Source: Microgenomates group bacterium
GTDB taxonomy: Bacteria > Patescibacteriota > Microgenomatia > Daviesbacterales > UBA10151
DNA: 64,000 nt
Assembly (NCBI GenBank): GCA_041659805.1
Contig: JBAZXP010000001.1
Span: forward strand, 966,841-1,030,840
Direction of reading: 5' to 3'
Made by a program: the position numbers and the translations under genes. The notes under the pieces were generated by a model, which saw only the letters and a program-made list of their open reading frames with translations, searched no databases and was not told the DNA's origin. Shown one piece after another: positions 8,273 to 15,503 of the stretch (position 1 is the stretch's first letter; every line of letters begins with the position of its first letter).

Positions 8273-9579
8273 ATTATATTTATTGTTTTATCCCCCGCTT
8301 TAGGCCCACTTGATGTTATAACTATAGGTACTTTAATTTGATCCTGAATAAATTGAACATATTCAGATGGAGGCAAAATATAATTTGGTGTGCATTTTTG
8401 TAACATTTCCCCCAATTTTTGCTGATAAATATTATCTGTTGGGTGCATAACTTCAATTTTTTGTAATATTTCCCCTGTCTCAGAGGTATAAGAATTACAT
8501 ATTTTCCATTCCGGCATGCTCTTTAATTTGTCCAAATGAGTTAAGGCAATCCCATCAACAGACCCCAAAACTTCAACAGCATACCTGAGGGTAACTAAAT
8601 CAAAAAACCCTACTCTAAAATTACCCTGCCAGGGATTAGTTAAATTACTGGTATCAGGCAAGAGCTTAGATAATGTTTTATCTTCTGTGGGAAAAGGGCC
8701 TGCTCCGTGACGCGTAGCATATGCCCTGATTACTCCCAATTTGTATACTTCCCCCTGATATCTACTACACCAAATAAGCTCATCAGCATTTCCAAATGTA
8801 GTATCCCCGTGGGTAATATATGGGTAAAATCCATATTCTTGATCTAGAAGCACACCTTGTGCTCCTTCAAAAATAGCAGTTCCTTTCTGATCTAATATCT
8901 TTTTTAAATAATGTCTGTCCACAATTTTAGCAACAGAAATAAATTCTTTATATAAATCCAAAGTGTAGTTTATAGCCTCAGGACTGTCTAAAATCTTCAA
9001 CTCTCTTTTTACTAAATCTGATTCAGGAAAGCTTCCTCTTAAATTCTTTATCTTTTTCAGTTGAACATCACGAAGAAATCGTAATTTCTTTTTTGCCGTT
9101 TTTGCGTCAAGTAAATCTTCCATCATCAAAGTTTCTCTGCCAAACTTTAAATAATCTGCCATAGCTTCACTGACCCCTCTGCCTGTACTGCTTGTTGTAT
9201 TTAAAGTCAGCAATCTGTTTGATGTCTGATGAAAAGGAGTGATCACAGGACATTCCCCTTCTATAGTAGTTTTTTGGAAAGCATCATTAATTCCCATTTC
9301 CTTTAAACCCCGTTCTTCTTTTAGCATGCTCAAAGGATCAACCAGCATAAATCTGGAAAGATGAGTCTTTGTGCCACCTAAAGTTCCACTGCCAAATTGG
9401 GAAAAAATATGCTGATGTCCTTCAGGACTGATTACATTATGCCCGGCCTGAGCACCTCCGTTATAACGGATCACAGTATGTGCATTAAATTCCCTGCACA
9501 AAAAATCAGTAAGGCTGCCTTTTCCGGCGTCGCCGAAACCTAAATCTGCTATTTGTATTACTTTTTGCATTTCTTTCAT
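8269..9579 (-). CDS. purA: adenylosuccinate synthetase family protein (divergent PurA)
   Basis: PurA hallmarks present: GDAGKGS P-loop (canonical GDEGKGK), GGAQAGHNV, TGRG, FEGAQGVLLDQEYGFYPYIT, AYATRHGAGPFPTE, THLD, ITSSGP; 436 aa. Confidence 0.65.
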   Translation of the reverse strand: MKEMQKVIQIADLGFGDAGKGSLTDFLCREFNAHTVIRYNGGAQAGHNVISPEGHQHIFSQFGSGTLGGTKTHLSRFMLVDPLSMLKEERGLKEMGINDAFQKTTIEGECPVITPFHQTSNRLLTLNTTSSTGRGVSEAMADYLKFGRETLMMEDLLDAKTAKKKLRFLRDVQLKKIKNLRGSFPESDLVKRELKILDSPEAINYTLDLYKEFISVAKIVDRHYLKKILDQKGTAIFEGAQGVLLDQEYGFYPYITHGDTTFGNADELIWCSRYQGEVYKLGVIRAYATRHGAGPFPTEDKTLSKLLPDTSNLTNPWQGNFRVGFFDLVTLRYAVEVLGSVDGIALTHLDKLKSMPEWKICNSYTSETGEILQKIEVMHPTDNIYQQKLGEMLQKCTPNYILPPSEYVQFIQDQIKVPIVITSSGPKAGDKTINII

Positions 9580-9601
9580 ATTTTTAAATATAATTACTTT
9601 C

Positions 9602-9632
9602 GGGGGAGAGCCCTTATGTTTGGGGCTCTCCC
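9602..9632 (-). terminator. GC-rich hairpin (GGGAGAGCCC-N9-GGGCTCTCCC) between the vWA stop and the PurA-like start; possible partial terminator/attenuator
   Basis: 10-bp G/C stem in an AT-rich genome, 24 nt before the PurA-like ATG; a moderately U-rich tract follows on the minus strand. Confidence 0.4.
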
Positions 9633-9638
9633 GCCTTG

Positions 9639-10631
9639 CTACAGAAGCCTATATTTAGGCTTATCTGTATCTATCGGACCTAAATTGGTCCCACTATCAC
9701 CTTTAACTAACCTGCCATGCACTGGCACTACTGCGTTCCTGACAGCCAAGATTGTACTCTTACTGACTCCAAACTCTGCCAGGTTTTTCGAACCTGCGTC
9801 AAGATCAGTTGTCCCTTCGGATAAACCGATTTGTAGAGCAATTGTCTCGCAAACAGCCTCAGGATCTTCAAGCTGCAGGACATTTTGTCCTAAAAGCTTT
9901 CTCCAGGAAGCTAAAACTTCCGGGTCTCTCCCATTGCTAGCTGCAGTAGGCAGAATGTAAAAGGTCTCGTATCGTTTTTTCACTTCTTCAAATATCTCAA
10001 CAGTTGAGATATTTTCCTGAAGTGTGTCACCGATCACGTCAGCAACCTCTCTGGCTTTAACATTCGGATAAACCATTTCATCGCCGATAATAAACAAATA
10101 ACCTTTGTGTCTTCGTATATTCCAGCAATCAATGTCCGTATGTCTGGCCATAAAGTAGGTAGCCAACTCATAGCTTTCTGTTTTTTGAGCACCTCCGCCA
10201 CCTTCCAAAAGAATTTTTTCCAAATTCTCATCCATCCTGTTATCAGATTCAAACTGACCAATCTGAAGCGGAACACTGTCGCAGGTTGCGTCCCCAATGG
10301 CACCGAACAAAAACTGTGGATGCTCAGCCCAACCTTTCCGTACTACCAACCCGTTTAATTCCCCCAACTTTTTCTGGAAAATTTGGGGCAGAGTTCTCAT
10401 AGAACCCGTCACATCAAACAGTGTTGCAATGGCTAAAGAATATGCATGTTCTGCACTATCCCGACTTTCACGGAACCTGATACCTTTTGGATCAAGATTC
10501 GGATGAGCTTTCCACTTATCGCGGGAATACCGCTTAGTGTAATCATCATAGTCAAAAACCTTTTTTCCACTGGCTACTCTGGCCTTCTCACGTTCAGAAA
10601 AAACGTCTGTTGTCCATTCACCACCTCCCAT
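9639..10631 (-). CDS. von Willebrand factor A (vWA) domain protein
   Basis: MIDAS motif DVTGSM (DxSGS), downstream GGGGAQ and FIIGDE; likely start is MGGGEW at 10631, preceded by AAGGAGGTGA; the 9639..10673 ORF may be over-extended. Confidence 0.6.
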   Translation of the reverse strand: MGGGEWTTDVFSEREKARVASGKKVFDYDDYTKRYSRDKWKAHPNLDPKGIRFRESRDSAEHAYSLAIATLFDVTGSMRTLPQIFQKKLGELNGLVVRKGWAEHPQFLFGAIGDATCDSVPLQIGQFESDNRMDENLEKILLEGGGGAQKTESYELATYFMARHTDIDCWNIRRHKGYLFIIGDEMVYPNVKAREVADVIGDTLQENISTVEIFEEVKKRYETFYILPTAASNGRDPEVLASWRKLLGQNVLQLEDPEAVCETIALQIGLSEGTTDLDAGSKNLAEFGVSKSTILAVRNAVVPVHGRLVKGDSGTNLGPIDTDKPKYRLL

Positions 10632-11757
10632 TTTTATCACCTCCTTTCGCATTTTTTGGCATACTAAATACATGAAATTTCTTAGGACCCCATAAATCTA
10701 CAATCATAGAATCAAATTCTTCGAGTAATCCCCAGGCATCTTTTGGTCTTTGTTTCGCGGGCAACAAACAACCTCTGAAAAAAGCCTTTATTTTGGGATG
10801 AATATCACTTGGCAATTCCCCTAATTGAGGGTTACCTCCCAAAAGGTAAATCATATTTTTAGCTCCCAGATAAATATCCAATCCGGGACTCACCGGTTCT
10901 TTTTTGAATACTTCAGGCGGATACCAACTCTCCCAGTCACCGGATAGCGCCTGTAACCGTCCGCCTGTTGGATCTTTTTCAATTACAGAATATGACCATT
11001 CATTTATAACCAGTCCGTGTTTTTCCGGTTGGACAAAAAGATTTTGCGGCAGGGCAGCCCCATGAATTAAATTATTTTGATGTGCAAATCCCAACCCTAC
11101 TAATACTCTTCTGAATATCCATGCCATATCTTTTTGATCAATTCCTTTCGGATAAGCGTTTTTTACATCAACAAAAGAAAAAAGCTCATCCGGCCTTTTA
11201 GAAAAAGCATTAATGTTTTTGCGGATATGGTTGCTGTCCTCAAAAATAAAAGAATCAATTAAACCGGGAAAATACGGACGGAAATTATCAAAATTATCTA
11301 CTTCAGCCAATTTGCGAAGCATTTTAGCCTCATTTTCTACAAATTCGTTATCAAGAGGACTTTTTGCAACTTTAAATATGGCTGGAATATTAGTGCCACC
11401 TTCTTTATAGGTAGCCCCATGAACATTGCAAAAATCTGTTTGTGAGAAGGAATCAAAAATTTCATATTCCCTGACTCTGGTTCTGATGGTTAGCAAAACA
11501 TCCGGTGGAATTTGACCATAAGTTCCCAATTTTATTTTTTCCTGAGCTCTTTCCCAAAGCCTGGTCAGATTAATAAAGGCATCTTGAGCCTCTACTCCAC
11601 CATTTAAATCCGGATGAGTGAGCTTGCTTAATTGTCTGTATGTGGAAAGTACAGTTTTCAGAGGGTCGGCTGCTTCGCCTAATCCACCAAAGACATCTTC
11701 AGGATGTTTGGCATTGATAATTTTTTGTGTTATTAAATCTGACTCATTTTCTTTCAT
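10618..11757 (-). CDS. J-domain (DnaJ-like, HPD) fused to a degenerate protein-kinase-like (pseudokinase) domain
   Basis: YRQLSKLTHPDLNGGVEAQDAFINLTRLWE is a J-domain helix II-III with HPD. A kinase-like fold follows: AIFKVAK (beta3 Lys), ENEAKMLRKL (alphaC Glu), LIHGAALPQNLFV replacing HRDLKPEN (no catalytic Asp), no DFG, WYPPE replacing APE. Likely start is the ATG at 11757 preceded by GGAGGA, rather than the GTG at 11775. Confidence 0.55.
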   Translation of the reverse strand: MKENESDLITQKIINAKHPEDVFGGLGEAADPLKTVLSTYRQLSKLTHPDLNGGVEAQDAFINLTRLWERAQEKIKLGTYGQIPPDVLLTIRTRVREYEIFDSFSQTDFCNVHGATYKEGGTNIPAIFKVAKSPLDNEFVENEAKMLRKLAEVDNFDNFRPYFPGLIDSFIFEDSNHIRKNINAFSKRPDELFSFVDVKNAYPKGIDQKDMAWIFRRVLVGLGFAHQNNLIHGAALPQNLFVQPEKHGLVINEWSYSVIEKDPTGGRLQALSGDWESWYPPEVFKKEPVSPGLDIYLGAKNMIYLLGGNPQLGELPSDIHPKIKAFFRGCLLPAKQRPKDAWGLLEEFDSMIVDLWGPKKFHVFSMPKNAKGGDKNGRW

Positions 11758-11763
11758 GTTGTA

Positions 11764-11826
11764 AGTGTCCTCCACACACTAACTATAGTGTAACTATTAC
11801 ACAAAGGTTAGTGTTTTGTCAACACC
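11764..11826. promoter_or_regulatory. three tandem palindromic operator-like sites AGTGT-N7-ACAC(T/A/C) at 11764, 11787 and 11810 (23-bp phasing), overlapping the RBS/start and a TTGACA -35 on the minus strand
   Basis: AGTGTcctccacACACT (perfect), AGTGTaactattACACa, AGTGTtttgtcaACACc; the third spacer is the reverse complement of TTGACA, followed by a TGTGTAATAG-like -10. Confidence 0.5.
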
Positions 11827-12124
11827 CTATTTTGATTCTTGACGATTTATTATTAGAGCCCTACAATACCAATCTAGAAGACTGCTCTTTAAAAAATGAG
11901 TAAAGTTGATTTAGATTATTATGATAGGTTAGAGGTTAGCCCCCGTGCCAGAGCCTCTGTGGTGAACTTTGCTTAAAAGGAGATTTACTGGCAACAGCTG
12001 TGAATGTTTTTCAGGCTTTTAAATCAGTTTATCCTGATCCAACAACCCGCGAAAAACAAAATCCCAATCTATTCAGGTTACCCCAGAAATTATTCCGTTC
12101 GATGTTTAAGTAATACCTGAAATT

Positions 12125-15100
12125 TTAACGTAGAATACTATCAATAGTGTGATCCACTAAAATCCTTTGTCTTCTATCCCCTATTTTGGGCAGAATAACT
12201 CTTTTGCAGACATCTTTTACATTTGCAGCATGATTCATACGAAGTGCAATATTGACCATTTCCCGAAGAGAGGTTGTAAAATCCATGGGTTCATTAGATT
12301 CACCAACTTGATATGCCTGATACATCCTTCGAAGGTCATTAGCTACCCTGATTGCATCATATAACCTTCTGACATCTTTTTCTAAATTTGCGTTGGCTTT
12401 AAGGAGCATATCTCCTCCATTGGTGGTATCTCTGTTTATAATATAATCCCAGGCTTGTTTAAATTCCTTTTGTTGTAAACTTTCTAAAACATGAACATAT
12501 GAAAACAACATTTCAGCCTCATCACTTCTATAATAAGTTCTTCCATTTCTTGGTTCTTCAAATGGAGGATAAGCAACCTCTATAATATCTCCTCTGGAAA
12601 GAATTGTTTCAGCTAATTTATCTACACCTGCATAGTCCTGAGGATTCATAGTACCTGCTAAAATAACTGTCGGATCAGCAATAACTTCATGCTGCACTCC
12701 ACCTTCATTAACAACCAACTTCCTTCTATAATCAAATAACGGATTTAACATTTTTACAATTCCCGGTTTGACTGTATTAATTTCATCAAACAGAATAATT
12801 GCCCCCGGCTTTTGTAATGCTTCTATTAAACGTGAAGGTAATTTATAAGTTCCTTTATCAGGATCATAATAAAATTCATAGGTTAAATCTTCTTTTGCTG
12901 TATTTTCATTACAAGCAATCGTCACAACTTCCCTATTGGAAAGATTAGCCAATACATCTATTAATACATTTTTCCCTGTTCCTGCTTCTCCTTCTAAAAT
13001 AGTAATCCCCATATGATTATCCATTTGGATATTCAGGCTCTCTGCTAACTCTTCCAGTTTTTTATTTTGATATTCAGATATTTTCCATCTGTCATTATAT
13101 TCAGGAACTTCCCTTTTTAAGCCTTTGAAATGATCTTCTGCCTCTTTTCTGTGTCTTTCGATCATACGAGCAGTATCTTCAAAGTTTAAATCAGGTATAA
13201 CCGGCGTCCTATGATCTGGACTTGGATGCCAAAGTCTACCTTGTTCATCCTGAAATGCTAAATCAGCATGCATGGCTCCGGCAATCGGAAGTAAAACAGG
13301 CCTCCATAAACGGGGCGGCTCTTTATAAACCGGAAAGCTAACTTGACCAAACTTTAATTCTCCTGTATCTCCAACAACACCCAACTCTTTTCTGTGTTCA
13401 ATATCCTTTTTGCGTGCACCCATCACTACTTCCAATTTTTTCTCTTCGATTTCACGAAGTTCAGGTGGTAAGGCAAAAATCTTGGCTCTCCAGGCAGTAA
13501 CCAAAGGATTTCTGTCAAACCTATCTAATTCTCTTGTATCTGAAAGCTCTGTAATTTGCTCCCTTAATGAAGCCAAATCTTCTTTGGCCTCTTCTACTAA
13601 CTGAGCCCATCTTAAACGTTGTTCCTCTTCCAGCTGCCTGCCTCTGGATTCAAGCTGAGATCTTTGTTCAGATTTGATAATATTTAGCTTGTCCCTAAGC
13701 TCTTTTCTTACCTGTGGGTCCCGGACATTTGCCAACATCATCTCAAATTGTTGTGCTTCAATTGTAGTTCCAAACATTGCCAACTCCTGAGAAGAACCAG
13801 TTTCTTTAATAAGCTGTTCTATATTAGGAAAGGCACCTTGGATTGCATCAGATAATTCTTGTTGGTATTGTCCAACAACCATTTCCTTTTTAGCTTGTAT
13901 CGATCTTAACCTCTGTTCTATATTTCTGCGGGTTGCAGGATCAGTAACATCTGTTTTTTGACGAAGCTCCAAAAGTCTGGCAAATTCTTCGTCCAAACCG
14001 ATCGTATCCCCCATACTTTTTACCTCCGTTATTGATTTTTCATATTCGGCAAGTTGATTATCAAATTCAGCTGTCCTAATCCCACTCAACTTTTCTCTGG
14101 CCTTACTAATAAATTCATCTACTACTTCACCATATGCCTGGTTTGCAGGATCTGCTTTAAGACCCTGAAGCCTATCCATAATCTCTTCAATTGCTTCCGG
14201 GTCGGTTGTTTGAACTAAGGGTTCATCGACTTGTCTGGCGATTGCTTCACGTAAGGTATTCGCAACATCCTCTTCAGAAATTCCATTACCTTTTTGTTTT
14301 TGAACTCTTTTAAGTTCCAAAGATGCAAACCTTTCCTGCATTTCACGAAGTTGTTCTTCTCTTTTTTCATGAGCTAACTCGCTACCACCTGTAGGAATAG
14401 CCTGAAAATTTGTTTGTATTTCTCTTAATTTATTTTCAGTATCAACATATAAAATATCTCCTTGTTTATCGACCAAAATTGGCCCTAAAACATTATTGAA
14501 TTCCTTAACTACCTCTCCAGATTCTTTATCAATGATTGATAGTTTTTGGCCAGATCTGACAATGAAAAAATTAACATTCGGATCAATCTCTATTTCTTCG
14601 GGATTCTCAACTCTTATTTGAGCTTCAAGCAAAGGCCGAGCACTTCTATCCGCTACCCCATTCAAATCCAGGCTATATATTCCTCCAGTATTAATAAAAT
14701 AGAGCTTACTTTGATCATTTGGGTCTAAAGTTGGCTTAGAACCACTAAAGCTAGCCAGCTCCTTTCCATCTGAACCATTTATTTTGAAAAAATGCGCTTC
14801 CTCTTTAAGTGTTAACTCTCCTATAAGTTTTGCTGACGGATCAATAAGTTGACTAAACACTTCATTAGTAACTGTCTTTTTAGTCGCAGGTTGTGTAGGA
14901 TTAATAAAAAAATAGTTTTCTTCGGTTTGAAAAATAAAGCCAGTCGTATTTTTTTCAGGAACCTTTCGAATCTTCATTTCCCATTTTCCGACAGGAATAA
15001 AAAATTCAGCGTTTTTTCTAACATCTGTCTTATCCATCATAAAGCCATATTCTGCTCCATAGCGTGTTCCTAACTGATTTTTAGCGATTTTACGCCAAGT

Positions 15101-15499
15101 AGTCTGAATTGTTTCCTGCGCTGCTTTTTTGGAAAAACCTATTTTTCTAAGCAAGTAACTAAAATCGTCTGAATAATCATTAGTTTTATCAACTGCTATG
15201 TAAGTTCTACTATTCGCATCAGCTATATCATAGGTTGTAGGGTCTAGATGAACTCTTGAGAGATTACCCAGACCATCAAACATTAAAGCTTCATAATGAT
15301 TTTCGATTTTAGACAAAATCCCGACTACTTCATCGATCTTTTTTATATCCTGTACTTCTCCTACTAATCGTTCCTTGAATCTTTCTTCAGGCAAAAGCTG
15401 AGTCTCTACTGTTTGAGCCAAAAGACTTCTTTGAACCAATATTTTTTCTTCTTCTTTCATATTATAGGGTATTTTACGCTTTTCATAATCAAATTTCAA
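12125..15499 (-). CDS. giant coiled-coil protein with C-terminal MoxR/AAA_5-type AAA+ ATPase domain
   Basis: 1124 aa. The N-terminal ~330 aa look like beta-rich repeats and ~450 aa are heptad-rich coiled coil. C-terminal AAA+ motifs: GEAGTGKNV Walker A (GKN variant), ILFDEINTVKPGIVKMLNPLFD (MoxR-like DEINRA Walker B region), AGTMNP sensor-1. Confidence 0.6.
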   Translation of the reverse strand: MKFDYEKRKIPYNMKEEEKILVQRSLLAQTVETQLLPEERFKERLVGEVQDIKKIDEVVGILSKIENHYEALMFDGLGNLSRVHLDPTTYDIADANSRTYIAVDKTNDYSDDFSYLLRKIGFSKKAAQETIQTTWRKIAKNQLGTRYGAEYGFMMDKTDVRKNAEFFIPVGKWEMKIRKVPEKNTTGFIFQTEENYFFINPTQPATKKTVTNEVFSQLIDPSAKLIGELTLKEEAHFFKINGSDGKELASFSGSKPTLDPNDQSKLYFINTGGIYSLDLNGVADRSARPLLEAQIRVENPEEIEIDPNVNFFIVRSGQKLSIIDKESGEVVKEFNNVLGPILVDKQGDILYVDTENKLREIQTNFQAIPTGGSELAHEKREEQLREMQERFASLELKRVQKQKGNGISEEDVANTLREAIARQVDEPLVQTTDPEAIEEIMDRLQGLKADPANQAYGEVVDEFISKAREKLSGIRTAEFDNQLAEYEKSITEVKSMGDTIGLDEEFARLLELRQKTDVTDPATRRNIEQRLRSIQAKKEMVVGQYQQELSDAIQGAFPNIEQLIKETGSSQELAMFGTTIEAQQFEMMLANVRDPQVRKELRDKLNIIKSEQRSQLESRGRQLEEEQRLRWAQLVEEAKEDLASLREQITELSDTRELDRFDRNPLVTAWRAKIFALPPELREIEEKKLEVVMGARKKDIEHRKELGVVGDTGELKFGQVSFPVYKEPPRLWRPVLLPIAGAMHADLAFQDEQGRLWHPSPDHRTPVIPDLNFEDTARMIERHRKEAEDHFKGLKREVPEYNDRWKISEYQNKKLEELAESLNIQMDNHMGITILEGEAGTGKNVLIDVLANLSNREVVTIACNENTAKEDLTYEFYYDPDKGTYKLPSRLIEALQKPGAIILFDEINTVKPGIVKMLNPLFDYRRKLVVNEGGVQHEVIADPTVILAGTMNPQDYAGVDKLAETILSRGDIIEVAYPPFEEPRNGRTYYRSDEAEMLFSYVHVLESLQQKEFKQAWDYIINRDTTNGGDMLLKANANLEKDVRRLYDAIRVANDLRRMYQAYQVGESNEPMDFTTSLREMVNIALRMNHAANVKDVCKRVILPKIGDRRQRILVDHTIDSILR

Positions 15500-15503
15500 A
15501 TAT

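Noticed and set aside
8269-9579. Calling the PurA homologue a PurZ-type 2-aminoadenine enzyme
   Set aside because: No associated MazZ/DatZ-like or phage genes, and I cannot verify specificity-determining residues from sequence alone; kept as divergent PurA.
9553-9960. 135-aa plus-strand ORF spanning the PurA/vWA spacer
   Set aside because: Mostly antisense to the vWA gene (clear MIDAS motif on the minus strand); no motifs; likely spurious.
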